Shown piece after piece: positions 9,200-18,741 of a DNA stretch of 64,000 nt. Below the pieces are notes generated by a model, which had not been told where the DNA came from, did not search any database, and saw only the letters and a list, made by a program, of their open reading frames with translations. Source of the DNA: Nitrospirota bacterium (lineage in GTDB: Bacteria > Nitrospirota > UBA9217). The stretch spans positions 1 through 64,000 of the forward strand of contig CAVVOB010000028.1 in the NCBI GenBank assembly GCA_963749655.1. Direction: 5' to 3'. The translations under genes were made by a program, and so were the position numbers. Every line of letters begins with the position of its first letter. The stretch's first letter is position 1.

Positions 9200-10700
9200 T
9201 CAAAGAGAAGAACCCGAACCCCTGCGGCCTTCAACCAGCGAGAGGTCGCAGGGGTTGGGTTAGATAATCCGGCTGCGATACACCGGGGCTTATCATGCCG
9301 GGCCGGTATCATGAGACCCACCTACCCTTTGAGATGCAGAGCGAGTGACAGAGCGCTACACCCTGGCACGAGCGATGCGCTTCTAAGAGGCATGAGAAGT
9401 CGCAGACGGAGCCGTTGCCTTTCGAGCAGCTTGCGCTACGCGCTGCGCGCTCCGCTTCGCGTTCCGCTTTTTTCTCGGGGAGCCCGGCGAGGGCGGATGG
9501 GGATCGGCCGCGTCTGCCGCCGTCTGGCAGTCGCGGACGATCCGGGCGGGCGGGAGATCACAGACAGTGGGCTTGGTGCCGGAGCGAAGCGCAGGCACGA
9601 AGACCGATACCACAGGTGGACAGTTTGGTTTAGATTCACGGGAGGAGGCTTCGAGGGGAGCCCCTGGGGGCGGACGGGCAGCGGAGGAACGAGCAACCAT
9701 GCGGCCCGAAGGGTACATGGCGGGGCGGCCATGTACAGCATCCTCCCCCCTAAGGCGCTATAAATAATTTGCGCCAAGAGAGCCCACCCCTCTGGGAGTA
9801 CAATTGAGTGGAGGGGGGTGCCAGGGTGGGGAGTCCAGAGGGGAGGGCTCGGCGGGGGGAGGGCTGCCGCTTTGGGTGCCGTTCCGTAGCGGGGTGGCGG
9901 GGGGATTAGCGGAGCGACCGCCCGGTGGGTGGAGGAAGTGCCCGCTCAGCGCGATGGCTTGAGCGCGCAGGAATACCAGCCAAGCCGCGCATGCGACGCG
10001 GGCAGAAACCGCCAGAGAGCGCAGCGAAGCGGAGCGCTACGACAAGGTTTGACCGCGCCGCGCGGTTGCGGCGCCATGGGAGGGCAAAGCCCGGCTCGGA
10101 ACACCAAGGAGCTTTAGCGCCTTGCGGGCACGACGGAACCCACCGGGTGGGCGCGGAGCGGGTGTGGCCGTAGGATGTTGGTGTGGCAGTGGCAGTTGGT
10201 GTGGTAGTAGAAGTTGGTGTTGATGTTAGATGAAATAGATGGGGTGTGTGAAGTACTACCGCCGCGGGCGCAGCGACGCGGAGCCCGCCTGCCGGCCAGT
10301 AAGCAGAGCGAAGCGGAGCGCTATGAAATAAATGTGTTCAACTCACGCCCCTCGATGCCGGTCAGCCGCAGGAAGTAGCGCCTCTCCTTTCTGCGGATGT
10401 CCGGCCACCTTGTGCGAAGCGTGCGGTCTGCGCCGCCCCTTGGCGCAGTCCGCGTTTACGCGGAGCTGTCTTTATCACTGACAAAGCGAGGCGAAGGCAG
10501 GACGGCGTACGGAACGGAGCGAAGCGGGCGCAGCGCATCGGAGCGGATGTTCGCGGAGTGCGCGGAGCCCAAGCGGAGCGAAGTGGAGAAGCCGTGGTGA
10601 CGGAGCCGAGCCACCCCAGGCGAAGCGCTGCGCTCTGCGCCGTGCTCCTGGGCGCAGTGCGCGTCTGAGCGGAGCGGTTTTGGTCAGATAAGATGCAGTT
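9200..10700. other. GC-rich structured, probably non-coding region with (G)CG(A/C/G)AGCG repeats and hairpins; candidate single-strand origin
   Basis: Hairpin 9211-9261; AGCGAAGCGGAGCGCTA at ~10023 and ~10307; related motifs 10515-10680 and inverted at 9435-9470; no convincing ORFs. Confidence 0.5.
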
Positions 10701-10852
10701 TCATTTAGATCCCGCTTTTTGCTTAACGTGCTGAATAAGAATTGAAATAAAATGCAAACCTATGATAGAATAGCCTAATTTTTAATGATGGACATAATGA
10801 TTTTTTTTGCATACCATGTTCACGAGAATCAGCAATTTAAATTGGGGAAAAC

Positions 10853-12013
10853 ATGAATGACGTTCTGCGATTGAAAGCTGAGTTATTGTGTTCAGGTTTT
10901 CGAGTGAATCAGTTCTCGGATTCGATAGCCACTTTTTTCAATCCTCATAAACAGAAACGGACTGGTTTTGTTGGAGTACATCTTTCTTTTGGCGGAGTGG
11001 CAATCAATGCTCTAATGGATCGTTTCTATGAGAACGATGCAATTTTTACTAATGGCTCGGTTTTCGAGTTGAAACAGAACGAACATGAATGGTGGATTTT
11101 TCGCAATGGGGTCCAGACTCAGAAGGTGGCATTTATTGATCAACCGAGATGGTATGCTAAGACACTCAGAGACAGTCTCGGTATGGCTGACGTGTTCCTT
11201 GCTGAGGGATTTAACAACTTGATGGGTGCGCTCTCCGGCGTATGCGTGTACCATTTGCATAAAAAACCGTGTTCGTTTTGCGGGCTAACGCAGGCACGAC
11301 CGTTCCATCTTGATCCGACTGATTTCGCGAAAACGATTGCAGCTGCTTACGCTGAGAACCCCAAAATCACAGTGACAATCAACGGTGGAAACAAGTTAGA
11401 CGATAGTAATGGAATGTCTCAGTATATCGTTATTGCGAAAGCCATCAATGACGAGTTCGACAAACAATTTGGCAAGGGCGTCAGAGTACCCCTTCAGATT
11501 GAGTGCTCTCCCTCGAGGGACATCACAATTATTGACAAGCTTATAGATCTTGGTGTTGGTTCCTTCAGTATGAATTTTGAGTTCTATGATGAGAACACAC
11601 GGAAAGTTCTTTGTCCCATGAAGGGGGAAATACCACGAAACCTCTATGAAGCGAATTGGAAAAGAATCGTAGATCGTCTCGGAAGGTTCAAGGTTGCTTC
11701 AGTTTTAATCTATGGCCTTGATACTCGGAGATCATTGCTCGACGGAAGTCAATATCTTCTGGATATTGGCGTGTTCCCGAATATCAGTCCATTTAGACCT
11801 ATGCCAGGCTCAACATTTGAGAAACGCCCAGCGCCAGCATATACTGAATTTCTTGAAGACTCTATGATAGTAGCGGAGCAATCATTAAAAGCAGGCGTAG
11901 ACCCGGCGGAACGCCTAGGTTGCTTTACCTGTGGAAGTTGCTCAATCGAAAGAGACTGCATGAATTTTCTGCTAAATAAACAATCCCGCCTAGGAGAGGT
12001 GAATAATGCATAA
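10853..12013 (+). CDS. Radical SAM protein (MSMEG_0568-like architecture)
   Basis: CVYHLHKKPCSFC (CX8CX2C), PFRPMPGS, C-terminal GCFTCGSCS. Confidence 0.85.
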   Translation: MNDVLRLKAELLCSGFRVNQFSDSIATFFNPHKQKRTGFVGVHLSFGGVAINALMDRFYENDAIFTNGSVFELKQNEHEWWIFRNGVQTQKVAFIDQPRWYAKTLRDSLGMADVFLAEGFNNLMGALSGVCVYHLHKKPCSFCGLTQARPFHLDPTDFAKTIAAAYAENPKITVTINGGNKLDDSNGMSQYIVIAKAINDEFDKQFGKGVRVPLQIECSPSRDITIIDKLIDLGVGSFSMNFEFYDENTRKVLCPMKGEIPRNLYEANWKRIVDRLGRFKVASVLIYGLDTRRSLLDGSQYLLDIGVFPNISPFRPMPGSTFEKRPAPAYTEFLEDSMIVAEQSLKAGVDPAERLGCFTCGSCSIERDCMNFLLNKQSRLGEVNNA

Positions 12014-12971
12014 AATCTGCGTCCTTGATCGAATCGATATCACTGAAGAACAAAAAAGCCGGCTAATTCAACTCGGGGGCTCTAATTCGGCGGTCGGTTT
12101 TTTCAATTCATTACCGAACCCATCCGATGCCAATGAGATTCTGCGTAGGATTGGAGATGCCCCCATCGTTTTAACCAGTTGGACCGATTTTCCGGCTCAA
12201 GTCATCGAACAATTACCGTCGACCGTCAAAATGCTTTCTATCGTTGCAACATCGTATGCGTGGGTTGATGTTGCAGCAAGTCGAAAACGTGGAATCGCAG
12301 TCAGCAACGTACCTGGCTATGCAAGGTACTCGGTGTCTGAACTCGTATTCGCTTTTATTCTTGATTGGGCGCGTAAAGTCAGACAAGCAGACGCAGAAAT
12401 GCGGATCGGCAAGTATGATCGAGCGCCCTTCATGGGCAAAGAGCTATTTGGGAAAACGATGGGTATTATTGGACTTGGATCGATTGGAAGTCGCGTCGCA
12501 ATCATTGCAAAGGCTTATGGTATGAATGTTAATGCAACTACTTTACATCCTGATGATAATCGCGCAAAAACACTCGGGGTAAAACTAACGGATCTGAACT
12601 CGACCTTCTCAAGTTCAGATATAATCACAATTCATGTCCCTTTAAACGATAAAACACGCGGACTCATCGGAAGAAAGCAATTTGAAGTTATCAAGAAAGG
12701 TGCATTTTTTATTTACACATCTCGTCCAGGAGTCTGCGATGAAGAAGCCCTCCTATGGGCGCTTGAAGCTGGACAATTAGCTGGAGCAGGCCTTGATGAG
12801 ACAAGCGAAGCAATAAGAACACCCGGGAGTCGGTTGCTGAAAATGTCAAACGTCTGCCTATCGCCCGAAATTGGATTTTACACGGCTGAAGCACTTAAAC
12901 GGCTTACAGACATCAGTATTGATAATGTTGAAAGCTTCATGCAGGGAAAAGCGGTAAATATTGCCAACTAG
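12006..12971 (+). CDS. D-isomer-specific 2-hydroxyacid dehydrogenase family protein
   Basis: SNVPGY, GKTMGIIGLGSIG, HVPLNDKTRGLI, SRPG, AGLD; catalytic His position reads SPEIG. Confidence 0.9.
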   Translation: MHKICVLDRIDITEEQKSRLIQLGGSNSAVGFFNSLPNPSDANEILRRIGDAPIVLTSWTDFPAQVIEQLPSTVKMLSIVATSYAWVDVAASRKRGIAVSNVPGYARYSVSELVFAFILDWARKVRQADAEMRIGKYDRAPFMGKELFGKTMGIIGLGSIGSRVAIIAKAYGMNVNATTLHPDDNRAKTLGVKLTDLNSTFSSSDIITIHVPLNDKTRGLIGRKQFEVIKKGAFFIYTSRPGVCDEEALLWALEAGQLAGAGLDETSEAIRTPGSRLLKMSNVCLSPEIGFYTAEALKRLTDISIDNVESFMQGKAVNIAN

Positions 12972-13002
12972 CAGTTGGTATGCGGCGAACGGGAGGCTTC
13001 TC

Positions 13003-13974
13003 ATGAAGAAACCCTGGAGTTCATATCACACGTTTCTTATAATTGAAATTGCGATAACGCTGATAATAGGCGTCGTTTTTGCTTTCCTTGAATGGAAATT
13101 CAGCGTGCTTATCGCAGCTATCGGTGCTATGATCGCCGTTGCCATGCACGCAATACCGCTGCGTATAGGTGACGAGATTCGGACTGAGATCGAAGACGTG
13201 AAGGCAACGTCGCATATCCTGGACTTGTGCCGACAAGTTGAGCTACCGGACTTGCAGTCTGCAAAACGAGCAATATTGGATGACTCAATTCAGTCTCTGC
13301 GCGAGCTTTCCGAGTGCAAAATATTTAATGAGAGATTTTATGCATGGGTATTTCAGCAGGTAGATGAGGCCGGTAAATCTATCAAAGCAGTGAGTGCTAT
13401 GATGGAAGATCAGTGGGCTTTACCGCGAGAGGTGTCCTATTATGAAAGGAATCGTCGTGCAGTTGATCGGAATGTTAAGGTAACAAGAATATTCCTAACA
13501 ACGAACGATCGGCTTTCTAAGAAGGAGAATCGGCATCCGATTCTTCTTCATCTGCTTCACGGACTAGATGCTCATATCGTATTTGCGCCTCAAGCACGCA
13601 CGTTACCAGGGAATGAATTAATCGTAAACGGCATTACGATCTTTGATGATCAAGTGCTTTATCAAGATGTTACATTACCTCCTGGCGATTCAATGACATC
13701 GGCAGGGGGGAAAATTATTTACGAAGCGACCGATGTACGACGTACGATCGATAAATTTGATGCATTGGTGCGACTATCAGAGGAACCACTGCGCGTATTA
13801 AGTCGCATTTCAGGCTCAGATCCCAAAGCTGAAATGTCGGAGATACTTATCTCACTTTATGGAACATATCAGAATTTAAAAGATGCTGTTGTATTGCCAG
13901 GCCATGACCGCAAAACTGACAAATGCGCGCTAACATATTGGGAAAAAATCGAGCAAGGTGTTAAGCTCGTTTAA
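13003..13974 (+). CDS. Membrane protein: two N-terminal TM helices plus soluble domain
   Basis: RBS gggagg before ATG 13003; hydrophobic segments; YYERNRRAVDRNVKVTRIFL. Confidence 0.7.
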   Translation: MKKPWSSYHTFLIIEIAITLIIGVVFAFLEWKFSVLIAAIGAMIAVAMHAIPLRIGDEIRTEIEDVKATSHILDLCRQVELPDLQSAKRAILDDSIQSLRELSECKIFNERFYAWVFQQVDEAGKSIKAVSAMMEDQWALPREVSYYERNRRAVDRNVKVTRIFLTTNDRLSKKENRHPILLHLLHGLDAHIVFAPQARTLPGNELIVNGITIFDDQVLYQDVTLPPGDSMTSAGGKIIYEATDVRRTIDKFDALVRLSEEPLRVLSRISGSDPKAEMSEILISLYGTYQNLKDAVVLPGHDRKTDKCALTYWEKIEQGVKLV

Positions 13975-13989
13975 AAACAGGATCAAACT

Positions 13990-15069
13990 ATGCGAAACAT
14001 TCCGGAATACCTCCCCTGGTCGCAGCAAGTACTTAATTCGTCTATTCAAAATTTTCTTTCTGGGCATTTGCCTTGCCTAGACTTAGAAACGAGCGCGATT
14101 TGTCGACACAGCGCGTGCATTTATTGCGACTCTGATTGTGCGGCGCCCATGCCAGGCGAAATGAATTATGACAGTGTTGACACAATTTTCAAGCAAGCAA
14201 CCAAATTAGGAACGAGATGGGTATATCTTTGCGGTTTAGGCGAACCTACTGATGACCCCAAGTTTTTACGGCTATTGAATGGAGCTCAAGAATTTGGCAT
14301 TAGTATTTCTATGTTCACTAATGCAGCCAGATATTCACCTGAACTTGTTAAGGCGTTAGTAGAACATGAAGTGTCATTAATTGTGAAGCTTGACTCATTA
14401 GCTTCAACAAACTTTGACCGACTTCTCGGACGTACCGGTACTGCAGAACGCATCTACCACACAATTGATGCTCTTATAGATGCTGGTTATCACCAACTAT
14501 GCAAATCTGATACAACCATGATCGCAGCATCCATAATACCTACCAAGATAAACTATAGAGACATACCAGATGTTGTTAGTTATTGTATCGAAAGAAATCT
14601 ATTCCCTTCTATTGGTGAATTAGAATGTGCAGGACGCGCAATGTCAAAATATGCAGACCTTGCTCTCTCAGTTGATGAACTTAGAAATTTGAAAATGCAG
14701 GTAGACTCGCTTGTTGGTTACAACTATGAACGCCCCACGTGTCCAGCTGCGTTGGCAGGCTTACATATATCTAATCTAGGAGAAATCATTGTTGATCGAT
14801 GCACAGGAGTCTGCTGCCAATGGTTTCTCTTGCGAGGGCCAGATTTATTCAAAATCGGACATGCCGCCCAAATGAGCCTATCCGAAGCTATGAAAAGAGT
14901 TCACGAATATCGAATTAAGAATATACTCGAAAGTAAAAAAATTCTTGAATGTCCACCATCTGTAGTTTTTGGTGGCTGTGGTGGCAAGGCAGATCAAATT
15001 CTGAAGGAACATATTCGTATTCTTGGTTATGCAGATATTTCTCGCGATACAATTTCGCATAGTAGTTAA
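13990..15069 (+). CDS. Radical SAM protein with Cys-rich C-terminal extension
   Basis: CRHSACIYC (CX4CX2C), CGLGEP, FTNA, CPA...CTGVCCQW...GGCGG. Confidence 0.85.
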   Translation: MRNIPEYLPWSQQVLNSSIQNFLSGHLPCLDLETSAICRHSACIYCDSDCAAPMPGEMNYDSVDTIFKQATKLGTRWVYLCGLGEPTDDPKFLRLLNGAQEFGISISMFTNAARYSPELVKALVEHEVSLIVKLDSLASTNFDRLLGRTGTAERIYHTIDALIDAGYHQLCKSDTTMIAASIIPTKINYRDIPDVVSYCIERNLFPSIGELECAGRAMSKYADLALSVDELRNLKMQVDSLVGYNYERPTCPAALAGLHISNLGEIIVDRCTGVCCQWFLLRGPDLFKIGHAAQMSLSEAMKRVHEYRIKNILESKKILECPPSVVFGGCGGKADQILKEHIRILGYADISRDTISHSS

Positions 15070-15129
15070 GCATGTAATGAACAAAAGCAGCTGAAACAAC
15101 CCCTACATTTAGACAACAAGATAAATACG

Positions 15130-15678
15130 CTATCTCCTCGCGTACCTCTCCGAATGCTCCTTGTGCCTCTCCCAATTCTCGATGTAGCCCCTTGCAAGTT
15201 CTTTCGACCTAAGCACGAGAAGGTTCTCGGCGTTCTTCTCCTCCGCTGCCTTCGTGAAGTTGAAGCTGCCGGTAATCACCACGGCCTTGTCGATGATCAT
15301 GACTTTGTTGTGCGCGATCGAGTGTGCCGCGTCTATGTACGTCGGGATACCAGCGTGCGCCGTGAAGTCAGCAGAACTGTAACGCTCCTTCCGCTGCGAT
15401 CGGTCGAGGATGATCTGAACATGGACCCCGCGCTTATGCGCGTCAACAAGTGCCTTGGCTATGGGTGCGGATGTGAAGGAATAGGCCTGAACGAGGATCT
15501 CAGTCTTTGCATGGCTGATCGCGCTCACGACGGCCTCAGTGCAGCCGCCTCGAGGACTGAAGAACACCTGCACCTGTTCGATGTCCTTGCCCGAGACCTT
15601 GAGCGCCCCGCCATACACAGCGAAGACGACGATAGCTGAAAGAAGCAGCATGACCGTTACAAACAGGAATTTTCGCAT
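15130..15678 (-). CDS. Exported phospholipase-D-family nuclease (Nuc-like)
   Basis: Signal peptide; FSPRGGC, HNKVMIID, TGSFNFT, NAEN. Confidence 0.9.
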   Translation of the reverse strand: MRKFLFVTVMLLLSAIVVFAVYGGALKVSGKDIEQVQVFFSPRGGCTEAVVSAISHAKTEILVQAYSFTSAPIAKALVDAHKRGVHVQIILDRSQRKERYSSADFTAHAGIPTYIDAAHSIAHNKVMIIDKAVVITGSFNFTKAAEEKNAENLLVLRSKELARGYIENWERHKEHSERYARR

Positions 15679-15751
15679 CGCAAACCTCCTTTTCCACCCT
15701 CAAAAGCCCGATTTTCTTTTTTCTTTGTGCTATATAGAGTGGTGGTATAGA

Positions 15752-16249
15752 TCAGTGCAGCGTGAACCTCTTCTCCTTGTACTCCCGCTTGTCGATGGTC
15801 CCCTGCTCTCTCAACTCAAACCAGGTCGGTTGCTTAGGGCCGTCCGACGCAAAGGGTGAGTAGCCGATGAGCACAAAAGCTATGAGTGCGATTGCTCCGG
15901 CGATGATGTACTCCCCTGGCTTCCCGGTCCTGATCTTCCCACCGAACAGGGTTAGGCTCTTCGAGTTCTCGTCGAACACCGGGACGCCCGTAACCGTGAG
16001 CGAATCCATAAGCAAGTGCCCGACGCAAACGCCGAGGATCACGGCCCGCATCTGCGGTTGGTTCCAGGTCAGGAAAAGAGTGATCGACCATAGCGCCAGT
16101 GAATGAGTGAGCCCACGGTGCGCGACCTTGCCCGGCAGCAGCCGTTCGGCGAGGTCCGGCAAGATCGAGCCGAACGCGGCGAGATAGTAGTTAAAACCGA
16201 AGAACTTGGCCGTGGCTGTGCCGACGGCGATGTGACTGATCCATGTCAT
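15752..16249 (-). CDS. Metal-dependent membrane hydrolase (YdjM/DUF457-like)
   Basis: MTWISH, GSILPD, HRGLTHS, HLLMDSLTVTGVP; ATGA overlap with the ATPase gene. Confidence 0.85.
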   Translation of the reverse strand: MTWISHIAVGTATAKFFGFNYYLAAFGSILPDLAERLLPGKVAHRGLTHSLALWSITLFLTWNQPQMRAVILGVCVGHLLMDSLTVTGVPVFDENSKSLTLFGGKIRTGKPGEYIIAGAIALIAFVLIGYSPFASDGPKQPTWFELREQGTIDKREYKEKRFTLH

Positions 16250-16890
16250 ATCTTGCGACCTCCCATCCTGACGCCTTGGAATATGTACCGGACTGCTGCA
16301 GCAACGAAAAGCAGAGACGACATACCGAGAACAGCGATAATGACGATCAGGATCACAATTAGAAACATAGTAGCGTCGTAGGTGTCCGCCCCTGCTCCAA
16401 GGCTCTGCATCCGGGCATTCTTGAGACGAACCTTGATCTTCGGATTGAGCCACGAGAACTGGGTACACCCGACCACCGTTCCCCGCGCCTTCTGCATTAA
16501 CTCTAAAAGCACAGTCGTTTTCTTCGAGTCCGTGAGCTTCTCGGCGTTGTCAACGATCAGGTAGTAAGTCTCCGGCAGCGTGCGCATGTAGATGTCGATG
16601 CGCTTGTCGATGTCCTTGCCGAAAAGCTTCCATGCCTTGACCCATGTGGTCATCGGTTCCAGCGCGTCGATGTAGACGACGTTCTCCCCTGCCCGCTTCA
16701 GCTGCTCCGCCAGTCGGTTGATGAACGAGGTCTTGCCCGTCGACGGCCCGCCCTCCACCACGAGACATTCGCCGTCCCGGACGTAGTGCCATGTATCTTT
16801 GCCGTTCTGGTGCTTCCGGAAGTAGACATAGACCCGGTGGCCGGCGCGAGTGGCCTTCGAGACGATCTTGGGATAGAGCCGGGCGAACAT
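16246..16890 (-). CDS. P-loop ATPase with C-terminal TM hairpin
   Basis: GGPSTGKT, LIVDNAE, hydrophobic C-terminus; TGATG coupling at 16890. Confidence 0.8.
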   Translation of the reverse strand: MFARLYPKIVSKATRAGHRVYVYFRKHQNGKDTWHYVRDGECLVVEGGPSTGKTSFINRLAEQLKRAGENVVYIDALEPMTTWVKAWKLFGKDIDKRIDIYMRTLPETYYLIVDNAEKLTDSKKTTVLLELMQKARGTVVGCTQFSWLNPKIKVRLKNARMQSLGAGADTYDATMFLIVILIVIIAVLGMSSLLFVAAAVRYIFQGVRMGGRKI

Positions 16891-17536
16891 CAGTGCCACC
16901 TCTTCGGAAACTCGAGGATTTCGGCCTCTCGCCATCCACCTCCAGAGACCGGACCTGCTCCGGAAGAATCCCGTAGCTCCAGACCGCGATAGGGCGAACC
17001 CTGTTAAGCATGGCCTGAAACCCGGCGAGGAACTTGAACAGCACATCGCTGGACCGGATATCAGGCGGAGAAAGCGCCACGGTCGAACCGACCGGGATGC
17101 CCTGAAAACAGAACGGGAACGAGCTTTCCCCTGCCCAGCCGACCGTAGGGACGACGGTGATACCGTGCTCCTGCCAGTACCGGCCAAGCCACCGGCTGCG
17201 GTATATATTCCAGAGGTTCACTGACAGGGGCCAGTCAGTGTAGAGAGAGAAATCAGGCGTGAGGACGACCCGGAATTGAGAGAGCCGGGGAACATAGACA
17301 GAGGGCCGGTTCCACACCCTTTCAAAGCGGTAGTCGTCCAGGAAGAAGTGACAAGCGTAGCCTTCCAGGAGTTCGTGACTGTTGAACGGGACGAGCCCGA
17401 GGATCTCCGGCGCGGGCGTGTATTTCAGCATGGGGATCCCGTAAAGATTGGCGGCCGGGTACAGCGCATGGGTGTTCAGCGCGTCCCAGCCGCCCGGCAT
17501 GTTCGCCTTCCAGTTCTTGCTGCTTCTCGTCGCCAT
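16890..17536 (-). CDS. DUF4417-domain protein (1-nt deletion near ~16920)
   Basis: CHFFLDDYRFERVWNRP, LTPDFSLY, WNIYRSRW, GITVVPTVGW, FCFQGIP; restoring one A gives KILEFPKRWH*. Confidence 0.85.
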
Positions 17537-17607
17537 TATTTGCCACCTCCGCCTTTTCCGCCGCTTCCGCCCTTCGGGGCCTTACCTCCGCGTCCTCCCA
17601 TGTTCAT
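17536..17607 (-). CDS. Gly/Lys-rich micro-peptide (MN)MGGRGGKAPKGGSGGKGGGGK
   Basis: Fills the gap exactly: TGATG overlap upstream, TAATG overlap with the DUF4417 start, SD-like aaggtggtga. Confidence 0.7.
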   Translation of the reverse strand: MNMGGRGGKAPKGGSGGKGGGGK

Positions 17608-18262
17608 CACCACCTTTCCCTGAGCATCGTCTTTAACTGCGGCCTTGAGCCTTCATCGACCATCCCGAGAAGCGAATCAGTAAGGGTCGTGACCTGCGAG
17701 TGTGCGATGTCGAGCGCCTCTTGCTCCTTCATCAGCACGATCTTTTCCTTGAAAAGTTCCTTCTGGTAGTCAACGCCTGCATCAACACGCTCCTGGAGCC
17801 ACGCGACGTAAGCGGAAAGCTCCTTTATCCGGGCAGACTGGTTCCGGGCTGCCGCCTGCTTCTCCCTGAGCTGGTTGAACGATGAAAGCGCCGTCTCGCG
17901 GATCGTCTGGACGGTTTTGAGCATGTCCGTGGTCCGCTCCCGGGCCTCGCGGGAGTCCAGGAGCGGGACGGATAGCGTGATCGCTGCCGTGGTTCCGGCC
18001 TTGGTGGTGTCGGTCGTCGTGGTGTAATCGGTGGTGTCCTTATCAGTACCGTTGAAATACTTCTCCGTGAGCGTTCCGGTAACTTTCGCGTTCTGGAGCA
18101 CCCGAGCAGAAGTACCCAGCGTCCGCCACCTCCCGCGCCTGCTGCGCCCTGGCATTGTGCCTGACGATGTACTCGACGATGGCTACGCCGTCCTCGGCAA
18201 AAGACCGGACTGATCGGAAGCAGAAGGATTGAGACAAGAAGCGTGAAGCATCTTTTCATCAA
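17607..18262 (-). CDS. Secreted coiled-coil protein, weakly TolC-like (two frameshifts)
   Basis: Signal peptide MMKRCFTLLVSILLLPISPVFA; beta-strand segment ending LSVPLLD followed by long helices. Confidence 0.55.
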
Positions 18263-18300
18263 GTGAGGTCTCCTTTTATTCGCGTTTCGAGCAGCTTAAG

Positions 18301-18741
18301 CTACGCTCTGTCGACTTTTGGAAAATCCTCCGAGAATGGATGATCCAACAGATACCAGGTGATCAGCGTGATGGCGCTTTCGAGGGAATAGCACACGATG
18401 ACCGCGTAGCCTTCTTCCCATAGGAGCTTATGGACGCTGGCTTGCTCCGGCGACACCTTGCCGTCCGGGGCCTTCATCTCGATGAAAAGGCCGTGCGACC
18501 CTCCCCGCGCACAAGGCAAGAAGATGTCGGGGATACCGCGCTTAACTCCCTCGCGCTTGAGCTTCTGAGCCGTTGGCGAGAACCAGCGGCCCTTCTTGTC
18601 CTGCCGCTTCTCGCGCTTCCCGCCGTTCGGGATCGCGAACATGAGGGCCAGTTCGGGATAGCAAGCTGTCTGGAGCTGCGCCCAGGAGAACAAAGCGGAC
18701 TGAATGTCGTGTTCGGTGCTGCGCATGGTGCGAAGGTTCAA
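18301..18741 (-). CDS. VRR-NUC domain nuclease
   Basis: EHDIQ, FAIPNGGKR, GVKRGIPD, LFIEMK, SPEQ. Confidence 0.9.
   Translation of the reverse strand: MNLRTMRSTEHDIQSALFSWAQLQTACYPELALMFAIPNGGKREKRQDKKGRWFSPTAQKLKREGVKRGIPDIFLPCARGGSHGLFIEMKAPDGKVSPEQASVHKLLWEEGYAVIVCYSLESAITLITWYLLDHPFSEDFPKVDRA

Noticed and set aside
9311-10600. Protein-coding ORFs in the GC-rich tract
   Set aside because: Overlapping Arg/Ala/Pro-rich frames on both strands with no clear RBS or family motif
16550-17187. Long overlap between DUF4417 and ATPase ORFs
   Set aside because: Adding one A at ~16920 gives a clean stop coupled to the ATPase ATG at 16890
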